From Takakia lepidozioides (lineage: Eukaryota > Plantae > Bryophyta), in contig CM060734.1 of NCBI GenBank assembly GCA_030704615.1, positions 56,172,001 through 56,236,000 on the forward strand: a DNA stretch of 64,000 nucleotides. The letters run 5' to 3'. The notes under the pieces were generated by a model that worked only from the letters and a program-made list of their open reading frames with translations, was not told the DNA's origin and did not search any database. The translations under genes were made by a program, and so were the position numbers. Positions within the stretch are counted from its first letter, which is position 1. Each line of letters begins with the position of its first letter. Below, piece after piece: positions 26,816 to 39,039 of this stretch.

Positions 26816-29800
26816 CCCCAAACAAATGTCATATGGTGAGTTAACTGAGGCTACACACCTACCTTGTTATATCCACAAAAAAAGTGAACCCTATCCGATT
26901 CACCTTCGCTACCATGTACATCCACTCAACAAATTGCGAAGTTTTTTTTTTTGTTTTTTTTTTGGGAACACAGGGATTCACCATACGACGTGAGAGATTT
27001 AAATGTTTTAGTGGGTTATTTTTTGTTTTGGATTTTGCAATGTATGAAATTTGAGCTTTGACCAAGCTATTTGAGTGATGAGTTGATTTTTCTTGCTTTT
27101 GCCTCTCACATAGAAATGTAGTATCCTAGCCAACTATTGTGAAAATTTCAAGCCAAACAACATTTTTTTATTAGGGTCCTTTTTATGGGTGTAGGGGGGA
27201 AATCAAAATGACTTTCATAGTTTGGCAATTCAAGGTGAGCCCATTTCAAACATTGACCCATTGATAACGAGATGTTCCACTCAATCCCTCCGGTGTGGAA
27301 TGCATTGCTATAGTGAGCCTCATAAAAGAAAATTCTAGATCCAAGGATAGAATTTACAAAAGTTACCACTGAATGAGCTCAATTGTGGGCCAGTTATGTC
27401 TTCCCACCCAGACACACAACTCTGCATACCAATTTAGAAAGTGATAATTTTTGCAAACAAGCATGCTCCAATTTCGAGACCCTTATGTTTTCTAAAAAAT
27501 ATACAGGTTGGAGGATTCAGTAAAAATGAATTAGTTTCAATGTGAGAAGGTGGGCCATGTTGTCAGAAATTTAAATGCAGTTGGAACCCTTAAAAAATAT
27601 TAATATATGCAAAAAATGCAAAAAAATGCACAGAAAAGTTTACTTTACTCCCAAAACGGGTCCGATCTCCTGGGTTAAATAATGGGGCTAAAAAAAGATG
27701 TCTTGGTAGAATGGATGCTATTGACAGGAATCTGCTTTTTTCGAGATACCTTTTTTCAGAATATTGTACTTGCTATAGTTGGTTATCCATAATCATATGG
27801 GATGACTGGTTGGAGGGGATCATCCAAGTGTGTAGTGAAAGCGTCATAAATAAGTAAGATTAAACAACACGGATATGCCAAAAATTATGACCCAATGTTA
27901 CACACACACTTTAGGTTAGATATTAATGGCATTTCATCATACATCATCCATGTCCAATGATGGTTGGTAATTTTTTCATCCAACTTAAAAGTCATCATCC
28001 TTACACATTAATCATCAGATTTAATGTGTCCAAAACCTGTCTAATGCGTCTAAGACCAATTAAACGAAGCCCAAGAAATTTCTTATTTCTTGCCCTTGGG
28101 GATCTACAAACTAAACAAACAAACAAGCAAAACAAGTTACCTTGCTTAATACCACCTATTATGTAACCGACACTTTAAACGTGGTCCAGCTTCGCTATCA
28201 TGACATAGGCGGCTTCTTGGACAAGTGTATAGACATCATGAGGCTGGAGAGATTGTCATAATATATCTCTTTAACTGGGGATTTATGATCAACGGATAAA
28301 CATGATTAAAATAACCTACAAAATTCCTAACTGGAGGTTATAGAAGAGTTTGAGTAACTGTATCTAGATAACCTTGATAGTTTTAAGAAATTCCGCAACC
28401 AGCGGTTGTCCAACTATTGCAAAAATGAAATAATCTGAACCGGGCTTGGCCATTAATGAAATAATGGCCAAGCTCCCTTGGACAAACATACTTTCAAAGT
28501 TTGATACATACCGATTAGGCTTCACAACCACTTTGTTCACAATTCATGCCCCACTCTCTTACTGTGAGCGACTGAAATACGAAATTAACCCTACATCTTC
28601 ATAAACTTCATTTGATGAGAAGAGCCTGTATTTTGAATCGCCTCTGGAATATATATCCAGGAGATATCAAAAGTTGTCATGTGGAGTACACAAAAAACAT
28701 GTGTCAATTGAATCACGCAAGCTTTAAACTGCCTTGGATCCCAAAATCATTTGTGATATGAATGGGCACCTAAGAATTGTATAGTCTTACAAATCTCAAT
28801 TACTCCGCATGTTGAAGTCATGATTCATGAGTCTACCATAGTTGCCTAATTTATTTACTAGATTTAGAGCCATCAACAATTATAATAGGCAATGAAAGAG
28901 ATAAATCTAGAGCAATCAATGACCAATGTTTTGCAATTCTAACTAACTACCAATGCCTGATCTGAAGTGCCACCAGCACTTTTTTTGCGCAAAGTTGTGA
29001 GTGGCTACTCTGCACAAAACCATGCCAAGATCCAAGAGAGGCTAAGGGCTGCTATGAACTCCAATGCACACTGCCTACATAACTCTGCTAAGCTGCAATG
29101 CTATTTTCTCAGTCTGCTAAGAAACATCACACAAGTTCATACACGGAGCAATTTCTTGAAGTGCTTATTGCCTGATTGCACACGGGTCTACTAGTGATCT
29201 CGTCAAGGCCTTGCTCAAAGCTAATTGAGGGAATTAGAGAGTTGTATATGCAAGTGCTTTTACTCATTGTGTACCACAGATCCATGCACTTCCTTGCTGA
29301 AAGCTAGTAATCTACACAATCTCATTCCAAGTTTCTACTGCTCATTGACAAAACGACATGGAACCCAGGCCATTGACATGCCATGCCATTCAGTAGTGTA
29401 ACAGTTGGCTGCTACTACTCAATAACTTGGCAACAACTCTGAAATGGGTCTGAAATAGATACATCCCTTACCCACTTGACCTAGCTATTGTAGGTCCATC
29501 AGAAGCTACTCAAGACTTTGAGGTTTCTCAGGACGTAGCATCTTTAACATCAAAAGAATCAACTCCCAACCCAATTAGTGCACAAACTTGAAGCCTCAAA
29601 TTAAGAGCACTCTTTTGATAAATCATTGTCATGATATATTTGAATTGCATAGTGACAAAATCTTACATGAATTTGCCCAATAGTGAACTTTAAGAGTCAA
29701 TTAGGTGACAAGGAAATTTGTCCTCTAATATCACCAAGTCGACCAATAGACTTATCTCACATTGCGTAGATGAAGTCTATCAATACTTCTCCTATGTAGC

Positions 29801-30791
29801 ATAGCACTAGTTCACTCATTTCCGAAGAAAGCCACTGACCGAGCCAGGCAGAGATCTCTGCTGCCTAACAAAATTCTTCCCAGTAAATCTACATGTGTTT
29901 GGCCTTGAGTTGAATACCTCAACACTAAAACGGCCAACATCCATCCGCAAGTGATCGCAGAGTTCTTCAAAAAGTGGGGAAGGTAGACAGACCACTTGCC
30001 TGGCCAACTCTAGCCGCTTCAAAGGGGGCAGAGCACGTGTTCACAACATTGATTCACATGAAATGTCACCCTGCTATCCTGCCCGTGCATCATATACAAA
30101 TTCTTTATAAGAGTACAATCAGCATAGCATAGTACAATGCCATCAGGACACACAATTCTATATGAGACCACAACTGCGAGGACATAGTACTTTATATAGT
30201 AGACTGCAAGTAATCTTACACATCAAGGTCCAGAATGCTATATTAGACCATGATAGTAGAGAAACAGACCCCATATTACTCAATCGCAGATCCATGGCAA
30301 GTAATCTATCATATAGCTTCAGAAATTAAGACCTCTAGATTTGATGATGTTAATCTTTAAAAGGCCCAAAAACAGCACTGCCCATCATATTTATAATGGG
30401 CTATGGAGCATCCTTTACATCTGGTATATAGAGAGTTAAAAACAGTAAAACTATGGAAGGTGTAGTAGTAACTAACTGGGAAAAGGGTTTGTTCAAACAT
30501 TTTCATATACACAGAGAATATGTACAGGAGAGTGGTCCTCATAAATAGTATTACCAAAGTGACCCGTGCTTAGTGTCATGAGTGACAAGGTGCATATACA
30601 TAAACACATTACTGTAAGAAAGAACCACTAACAATGGAGATGGCACATCTTTCATGTGTCTTTCAATACTCTTCTTAAGTTGTAATTATCATGGAGTAAA
30701 CGAAAAGCTGATCAACGGTAGAAGAGTAGGGATGGAGAGGATGAAGGCAGATCGAGGCCTACCGCAGACAAAAAGTTGTGAAATTGGCGGC

Positions 30792-33700
30792 TCACAAAAG
30801 ATTGTGATGCGAGTCATAAATAGATGACGCCCCAAAGGGTCGAAGAGCTTGGAGCTCACCATACTTCATATCAGGCCCACCAGGCCCACAACCTCCAGTG
30901 GTGCCAGTGTGTGTGCCAGTATCCCCAGAAGTCTCATTCCTAGAATTGGGATGATGCAGAAACTCCATGGCACGGGAACCTGGTACACTTGCACTACTGG
31001 CATTGCTAGGAGGATTGGGCCCATCACCAGGTCGTATGGTAGAATTTTCCAGCAAGGCCAGCATCTGATGTCCTTCCAGCTGACCACCTCCGGACAAACT
31101 ACTCAAGGAAGACGAAGGCCCAAAATGGCTTGATCCATCCCGGGAATTTGCAAGACTTCCAAGCATCCACTCGGGGCTTGATATGTCTCTAGATGATGAT
31201 TGAAGCGGCAGCATGTTCTGGTTGGACGGTGAGAACACTTGAACATCAGGATCCTGTACAAAATGTATAAGAGTAAACTACCTTACTGTTCTTAGTAAGG
31301 TCCCCTTGTGCAAGCTCAGTACACTAACCCAACATGGCAGAAGCATTCAACAAGGTCACTGTGAGCTACAATTTCCAAGTCCATATAGGAATGAATGCTA
31401 TAAAACAATCCAGATGAGCTATTGACCGCATAATGAAAAAGGGAAACGTGGATTAGGACTTGGAACGCCTTCAAAAACTTGGAAAGGTCACTAAGCGATT
31501 AGAGCCCTGCTAAACACTTGAAATGCACAATGAACTACTTGAGCAATATGCCACAAAATGCATGAACTAAGTAACCTGAGAATTTGAAGAGTTTGCTGAA
31601 GCTGAATTAACACTCTGGTGAGAAGATTGCCCATTTTTGGAGTCACTAGACATGAGCTGTTGGAGGTTCATGGTGCCTGTTCTGGTTACTGTTTGGCCCA
31701 AATCTGCTCGAGAGCCCATGGGCTTCAACCAGGGAACAGGTGGCTCCATCCCATTGTAGCCTTGGCTGATTGATGTTTGGCCCCGTGGACCAGCTTGGTT
31801 TCCAAGCCCAAGATGCCCCCCCAAAGAAGATAGAGACAGGTTTGGGCCAGTTTGGCCTGCACCAACTCCCTGCAACCAACGAGGCTGCCGTAATTTGCGA
31901 TCAAAAGATAATTAAAAAACCACATGACGATGGAGCAATATGGATCAAGTAAGACAATGGGATGATTACTTCCTACAACTCTCATCATCCCTGGGTGAGC
32001 AAGAAGTTCTCTTGCACATATATTTACTTAAGATGCAATTCCATACTTATATAAGAGCCCCTAAAGTCCGGTGTTGTTTAGGCTAGCTATGATTTACACA
32101 CCTCCAACAGTCACTGAAAAATCTTACCCTTCATTTCTGAACACGGGTAAGACAAGGGTGCAACAGGACTTAACAAAGTTCTCTTACAAATATGACTGCT
32201 ATGCCAATGTCTAATGAACTAGTAGGACAAAGGCTAGGGTACATTCATGATCCTAAAATTATACCTGTAAGAACTGCTGGTAGACAGTAGCATCCTGGTT
32301 GTGATTGGCACCCCCAGACATCATTGATAGATGGCGATTAGCATTGTGTAGCATGAGGGGGTTTGGTGGCGAAAGGGACATGGCAGACAGTAAAGCCTGT
32401 GCATCAGAGCCCGTCATGGCTTGGGAACCCATTTGCATCCCAGTTGGCCGTTGATCATCACAGTGGCCTCGTCCAAATGTTGAGCCCGATGTTCGTAGTT
32501 GCAGGTTGTTTCCAGCTGATCCAGATTTTTCATCGGAGTCATCATGCAAGGCTGAGGTTGGAGACCCACATTTCAAGTGCATAAGCATTGTCTTGGGGTT
32601 TGCTTTTTCTTAAAAAGAAACAGTAACACTTCTACATAAACAAACACATGATGTCTAGCGCCAAAGTTGTTGAATGGAGATGTTGAATGGAGAAACTAAG
32701 TGTCACTAGGTCAAAACAAAGACAAAAGAAATGACGTTATGTTGAGTACTTCAAAAGCTAACCTGTGGCACGGTTGATTCCACTGAGATCACCATCATCA
32801 GTGCGATCCTTCATCCCCATGGACTCAGCTGTTGTGCCAGCTGTGACATTGGGCTGTGGCTTGCGACGGCGTCTATTGTGGTCAGCCAGCCGCTTTCTAC
32901 AGCTCCTTTTCCCCTCGTCAAACTCAGTCAGTAGGTGAAATCTGGAAAAACGGAGACTTGTTATTTCATATTGAGCAAAAGATCGCTCCCTCAAACTTGA
33001 TTAGACCATATTTCAGAATCCTTAGAAGCTTAACAAACCACTCCTTGTCCATCTAGAAGTGCCAGATTACATGAAACTGGATAAAAATACTGCAATATAC
33101 GACAGAATTTGCTTTTGGGAACTGACTTCCTGCTTCCTAACTTGTAGGGAAGTGTTTGTCATACTTAGCGCACAACAAACGATCAGTGGAACACACCTGC
33201 TGCATTGTTGACAAAACCGCTGAGTATGACCAGCAGCTACCACATTTGGGGCCTTTGAGTGCAGCTCACATACTTTGTGGCGACGATGGTAGTGCTTGGC
33301 TGTGCTGAGATCTGCTTTACAGCCCTCAGCCTGACACATAGGAATCTGAGAACTAGGAGAGTTTGCTCTGTGTCTCTTTCCGAGCCGCCCTGCAGCAGTG
33401 TCCTCTGTTGAAAAGTAGGTTCGTACGCCAAGGTTGAGCCCGATTCGTGCACCATGTCCATCACTCACCTGAGATTCAAGTTGGCATAAGGCAAAACATC
33501 ATTTTGGGTATAGCCAAAATAATTTTCTTTTGAGATAGAGCCCTGTAGATCATATTAAACAAGGAAATAAATAACCTTGTGGGTGCCATACTATTTCTAT
33601 TTAGCCGTATTGACAGAAATTCCAAAGGCTCAAATAGAAGGAATCAAATTTCTTAGACTTAGCTGTAATTAATGTTCTTGTAAATTAAATGGTCTAACTA

Positions 33701-34825
33701 ATTGCTCGCCTCTAGGCTAAATGGGGGCTAAGATTTTCTTGGGCCACCTAGGAGATTCCTAGGGGTATCAAGAACCCGTTTGGCCTGGGAGAACCCAAAG
33801 GGCAGAACCTGCCAAATCTCAAAGCAAGCTTGCGAGAAGCATGGCCTCCCGCATATGTGAAGCTGATCTCACATGGACCTACATACTAGCAGTTTTCTGT
33901 AGTCAAAGTCCCTTTCCTCATAATAAATAAATGGCAAGGGTTTGTAAAATTGAAATCTCACATGATAACTAATTTAGTGATCATTCAAGGTCTTAACCTC
34001 TACCAACAGGAGCCACACGGTACATTACCTCCTCTCGTTTGACAACGTGGTGATGGTCATGGACAACGGCTGCATAATACTCCCTACGTCGCTGTTCAAA
34101 GGAGGGCCGCATGTCTCCATGCATTCCTGCTCCGCTAGAAGCTGCAAGGCCTGGAATGCCTGATGATCCAAGGTTGTGCAGCGGTGAGCTCGTTGGAATG
34201 CTACTTGAGCCGTGCATTGCTGCAAAGTTCCGAATTCCAGCAGAGCTAAATATGCCCATAGGGTGTTGGGCGAAGTTGGATGGAAGGCCAGTAGCCAGCA
34301 TGTTGTTGTATGCGCGGAGGCTGGACATTGTGCCTAAATAGTTGGGCAATCCACAACCAACAAAACTAGTGTTAAGATACAGGTGGATGTTTTATGATCC
34401 CAGAGGCTAGACGTTGTGCCTAAAAGCATTGGAGTATTCAAAACCAACAAAGTACAGTTAATACACAATGTCCTACTTTTCTGTTTCAGTATTAACACCC
34501 TTTAAGCCCTTTATGCTCAGACTCGACCTTACATGTTGCAATGAGGACATGATCGTCCCAAAATCAAAACTGCACAAAGACATGAAAACACTACGATACC
34601 TGCAGTGATCTGGTTCTTTCGGTCTCCATCTGTACCATCATTTGAGCTGGCACTGCCAGGATTCTCCGCCAAAATCATTGGATCCCACTCCCACTCCAAC
34701 CGGCTGGCTGGGTACAATTGACGTGAGGTCTGCTCGAGGCTGCCAACTGCACCAGGGTTATCCCAATTCTCTGTTGTCCAGCTTGGGTCACCTTGCTGGT
34801 CGTTGGTATTTGCAGATGGGTTCAT
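30792..34825 (-). CDS. SPL: SBP-box (SPL) transcription factor, SPL8-like clade (SPL-B), about 693 aa
   Basis: Exons 34825-34600, 34333-34029, 33468-33197, 32941-32763, 32608-32265, 31869-31576, 31253-30792, all GT-AG and in frame (2082 nt). SBP domain [28 protein letters not shown]|[27 protein letters not shown]; [12 protein letters not shown] motif typical of SPL8-type proteins. Confidence 0.93.
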
Positions 34826-37800
34826 CCCATATACCACGAAAAGGGAGTTTTGGAGAAAATTTATGACCAATAGGTAGTTCCAAAATGGCAGCTTACAAAC
34901 ACACAAAGACAAGCTCAACACTTGAGGAAAGCCTTCAGTCAGTTGACAATATCTAGAGCAATGTTCCTGCAGGAGGTGGATGTTAAGTCAATGAGAATAA
35001 ATTAGTCGAGTAGAAATTCCTTCAAGAGATGACGATCGGAAATGAGATGTGTTAAATTGCATTGTAATTCTATATTCAATACCACAACTGCACAACTGGA
35101 GATTAGTGCAGCAAACCTACATCCCTTCAACACAGGGAACAGATAAGTGCCCTTATGAGTTGGAGTCTTGAACAATAGTAATAGAAGTGCTTAGACTTCC
35201 TTGTAGTAACTTATTCTTTGCTAGGTACACCAGGTACACCACGTTCCAGTTGGTACACAAAGAAAACCCCCACTGGATCCACCATGTAAGATCAGGTGAA
35301 GGCTGCCAAAGAAACCCTGTAGTTGCACAATACACAGAACGCCTAAGATGGTCAACAACCCAGGCCAGATTCAAGTGGATTTGTAAGGTCTTTGTTTAAT
35401 ACCTTACAAGTTCCTCCTTGCAGTAACCTATTCTGCTGTGCACCCTGTAGATCTAGACCCTACAAAACCCCTAGGTAAGTTTGTCCACAACTCAACATTG
35501 TTGAAATGGCGAGGTCTTTGTTTAATACCTTTCGCTTGTCTGTGTGTGGTCGTTTCTCCCAGTAGAAGCGCCTCTCCCTTGAATAGTAACCGATTCTGTT
35601 TGTATGCACCAGGTAAGAGCAGGTGCACAATGGAGCAGCCCCCTAGATTCACCAAGCAACAGCAGATGCAAGGGAGAGAAGATCCAAAGATCCCACAGTT
35701 GTAGCTTTGCTACGATCACTTGATACTTGAAGGAACTGAAGAAACTGCACCCAGCCTGTTTGGCCCGGTGTGACAATTGCTACTCGGACAGAGACTTCAG
35801 TTTGCAGTAATGATCTTCCTGTTTCCACAAACTGATGGCTCAGAAATGAATGGGATCAGTCATTGCAGCTCCTGTATGCACGTGTGTTCTGGAGAAGTAT
35901 CAATTCTCAAACTGAGGGGGGCTGGAAGTGATAGCAGTGTAAGCAAATGAAGGAGGAAAAGATGCCCAGCCAAGAGAAACGGCTTCCTTATTTGGCTAAG
36001 AAAGAAATGTGAGTCCTGCACATCAGCTTGCAGAGTGCTCCCTTCCCTTCAAGTGGCAGAATCTACAGTTGCAACCTCTCCTGATTTGATTTGACTTTGA
36101 CAGCTGAACGTTGAAGGCAACACCTGAAGACCCCACCAAAAACTGGACCACTCATCCACGAGTTTAAGAATTATGCCCAGATATACTTGAGAGAGCAACA
36201 AGTTATGGAAGAGACTTCTTCAGACAACCTCAAGTAGACAATGACAAAGACATACCCCCCCATGTTGAAGCATGCTAGGTTGATCAAAAGCATGTCCTTT
36301 CTGTATATTTTCTCTGGTAAGTGCAGCAACTTAAAAGGAAATCCTTTAAGGACAACCACTGATGTATATAACAACAGAATGATCCCCTTCTAAGAAAAAC
36401 AGGTTAATCACTTAAAAGTAAGTCCAAGATTGCTTTCATAGCGGGGGCTAGATCCTGCAAAACTTACATCTCCAGAAAGATCCTCCAGTTACTTAAGGCT
36501 GTGCGCACTGAATGTAGGCTCCTGAGTGTTCTTGCGGCGAGACCCGAGCAAGGACATCCATACACCAGTTGCGTCTTTCCAACAAAACTAGTTTCAGGTC
36601 CCAAAATGCAAATGTCTGACTACAGGTCTCTTGCCTCCCACCCCAGGTGGGATCATTCATTGGCCAGCTATCTCACACTTACTGAGTTTTCTTGTCCCTT
36701 AACATGGGTGAGTACATTCACTAAAAATATAATGTAAGACTGAAACTTTCATAGACCAACTGCATCTTCCTTTGAAATCAGTTCCAGGTTTACATTTCCA
36801 AAGAAGCAATTCTCCAAATATAAATGTAGTCTTCGTCAACGCCCCCATAGAGAGTTAGAAATGATTCACCCTCACCCTAAAGAGAAACCTACTCAGAAAA
36901 CGCTCTGATATGGATTCAGACTTTCTTAAGAATTCAATTTCAACGTTACAGGTCTCTCAGTCTCATTCATGATACATGTCAGAGCCCCTCTAACTTAGAT
37001 AAAGATTTTCTCACTAAACTCTAGGCCATATCGGCAACATAATGCTTCCTCCTGGGAAATTCATGGATTCATTCACAGAAATTCATTTGCTCATGAGCTT
37101 ACAAGAAGCCACCATTTTGTGGACATGAATTGCTCACATTCAAAATCTAGCTATCCTGAAACAAATGCTAGTCCATAGCGCTGCGGAGCTCAATGCATAG
37201 AAAAAGATCACATCTTAGAAACGCAGATCTCTTTCTATGCCTCTCCTCTTGTGTTGTTCTGAGATGACCCATGAATGAGGCCTCCACTAGGAATTCTTCT
37301 CTTTCTCTGTAAACTGAGAAATACTGACTTCAACTTCCCCGAGAGTTGTGGAGCAATAATAGCACATTAAACTCATATATTGACTGAACGGGGGACGCTA
37401 TTGCTACATGGTACTAATGCATCTATAAGCATGCTTGTATTATGTACATAGGCGTACTATGTCCCTACAGGTGGTGGTGCGAGTATGCGTACACCCAGAC
37501 CCAAGTGTCAGATCAGCAATTGCTCCGTTATCTTACTAGTGACGGGCAAGATGCTTGACACCAGCGTGGAATCTTTGGGAACCAGCTGTGGGAAACCAAG
37601 ACTTACAAGCTCACTACAGACATGAAGGAACTGCTAGATGAATTTGAAATACCACGACATTCGATGAGCTCTCATACAATTTGAGAGCAGGTATTTCAAA
37701 CCCTGTGAGGCATGTGACCTAGATTGCACGAGATAATTCTGATCATCTCTGATCATCTGCAATTGTAATCTCACAGTTCATCCCCCAAGTTCTGGAAACA

Positions 37801-38456
37801 TACCTTTCAAAGAGACTTCCGTGCACGTTTGGCAATCTGTGACACTGCCACCAGTTGGGAGAAGCGGGAGCAGCCAAGAGTCCAGGAGGACGAAAGATGA
37901 AGGCTCCGTAGAAAGACTGATCCTCTATGATATAATGCACTTGCCAAGCATAAGACGGTGCAAGGCTTACGCAGCCACCCTGAAGCACATCTTACAAGAA
38001 GCGACCGTCTAACGTTCAATCGCGGACGAACGGAGTAGAAATCCTGGCAATGGAGTTATGCGACGATAGAAGCTCCTTCTCTGCCTCAGTGACTCCTAGT
38101 CCTCAAAAGTTTGTGACCCAATGTCTCTAACACCAGCTTGAAGCTCCCTTCCAGTTCTCACAGCCCCAAATCACCAACCTGGAACTCTTCTCAGGTCGCA
38201 ACTTCTGCATTTGCTTTGAACAAGGTTGTAGCGTCTGGACATAATTACGGAAGAGCGCAACTCGCCCTGTTGCCAGGAGGTCTTCACTTCAGCACTAGCT
38301 AATCTGCCCACCCACCTAACAGTGAACTTCCTACTATTTGTTGAGCACGAACAGTAGCTTCTGTTCCACAGTCTAATTTATCTGCTTTTCTCGTCCGACT
38401 GCCTCTGGAAGTCGAATGTTCACAGTGTTGGACTTGCGGACAAGGTCCAGGTGAGG

Positions 38457-38477
38457 TGACAACGGGAGAGAGCAAAC
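38457..38477 (-). promoter_or_regulatory. Candidate miR535 target site in the SPL-B 5' leader
   Basis: + strand TGACAACGGGAGAGAGCAAAC is 18/21 identical to miR535 (UGACAACGAGAGAGAGCACGC), so the - strand is complementary to it. Confidence 0.55.
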
Positions 38478-39039
38478 CGAGAGAATTTCTTCTCACATTC
38501 AAACCAACATTGCTGTGACCAGCTCTGCACCTCTACGAGGAGCTCTAATCTCTCCCCCTCTCCGGCCACCTCTATCAATCAACCCGTTTACCCCACGCAC
38601 TTCCATCGCACAAGCCGCCAATGGGGCGCCAATACTCTTCTTAACCCATCTTTTTCTGCTGGTCAACACTATCCTCCCAAACTAACCCTTTACTCTCCAC
38701 CCCGCCGGTTCCTGGGGACTCACTGGATCTCAGCTGCGAATCTCTCCTCTCCCTCTAACACTGCACTTTCTCAACACACGCTCTCAGCTACCCAGCACAA
38801 CACAGGTACTCAAATCAGCAGCTCAGATTCGCCATCTGCTGACACTGTCTCTGCCTCAGCTGCAGCTCCCCCGCAGCTACACAAGGACTCTTCACCTCAT
38901 CAATCCAATTCCATCCACTGCGATGCCCTTCTTATACCTCCCTCTACCGCCTACACTCTCAAAGCTTGTGCAATCTGCCTTCCTACACCCCACCTCCACA
39001 CGTACTTGAGCCAGCGCAGCTCGATGGCGATGGCGTCCT

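Noticed and set aside
29816-30022. 68-aa ORF downstream of SPL-B
   Set aside because: Non-ATG start and no recognisable domain; at most a faint TE resemblance.
34205-34225. ttgagccgtgc, a miR171-like seed in SPL-B exon 2
   Set aside because: Only 11 nt match; the 3' half does not pair.
35862-35882. gctcctgtatgc, similar to miR160, in the SPL-B leader
   Set aside because: Requires several gaps including in the seed region.
38139-38160. miR319-like sequence
   Set aside because: Bulged, mismatched, and no convincing hairpin.
38380-38480. Reading the miR535-like 21-mer as a + strand MIR535 precursor
   Set aside because: Only a weak partial complement (tgcttttctcgt) lies upstream; a target-site reading fits better.
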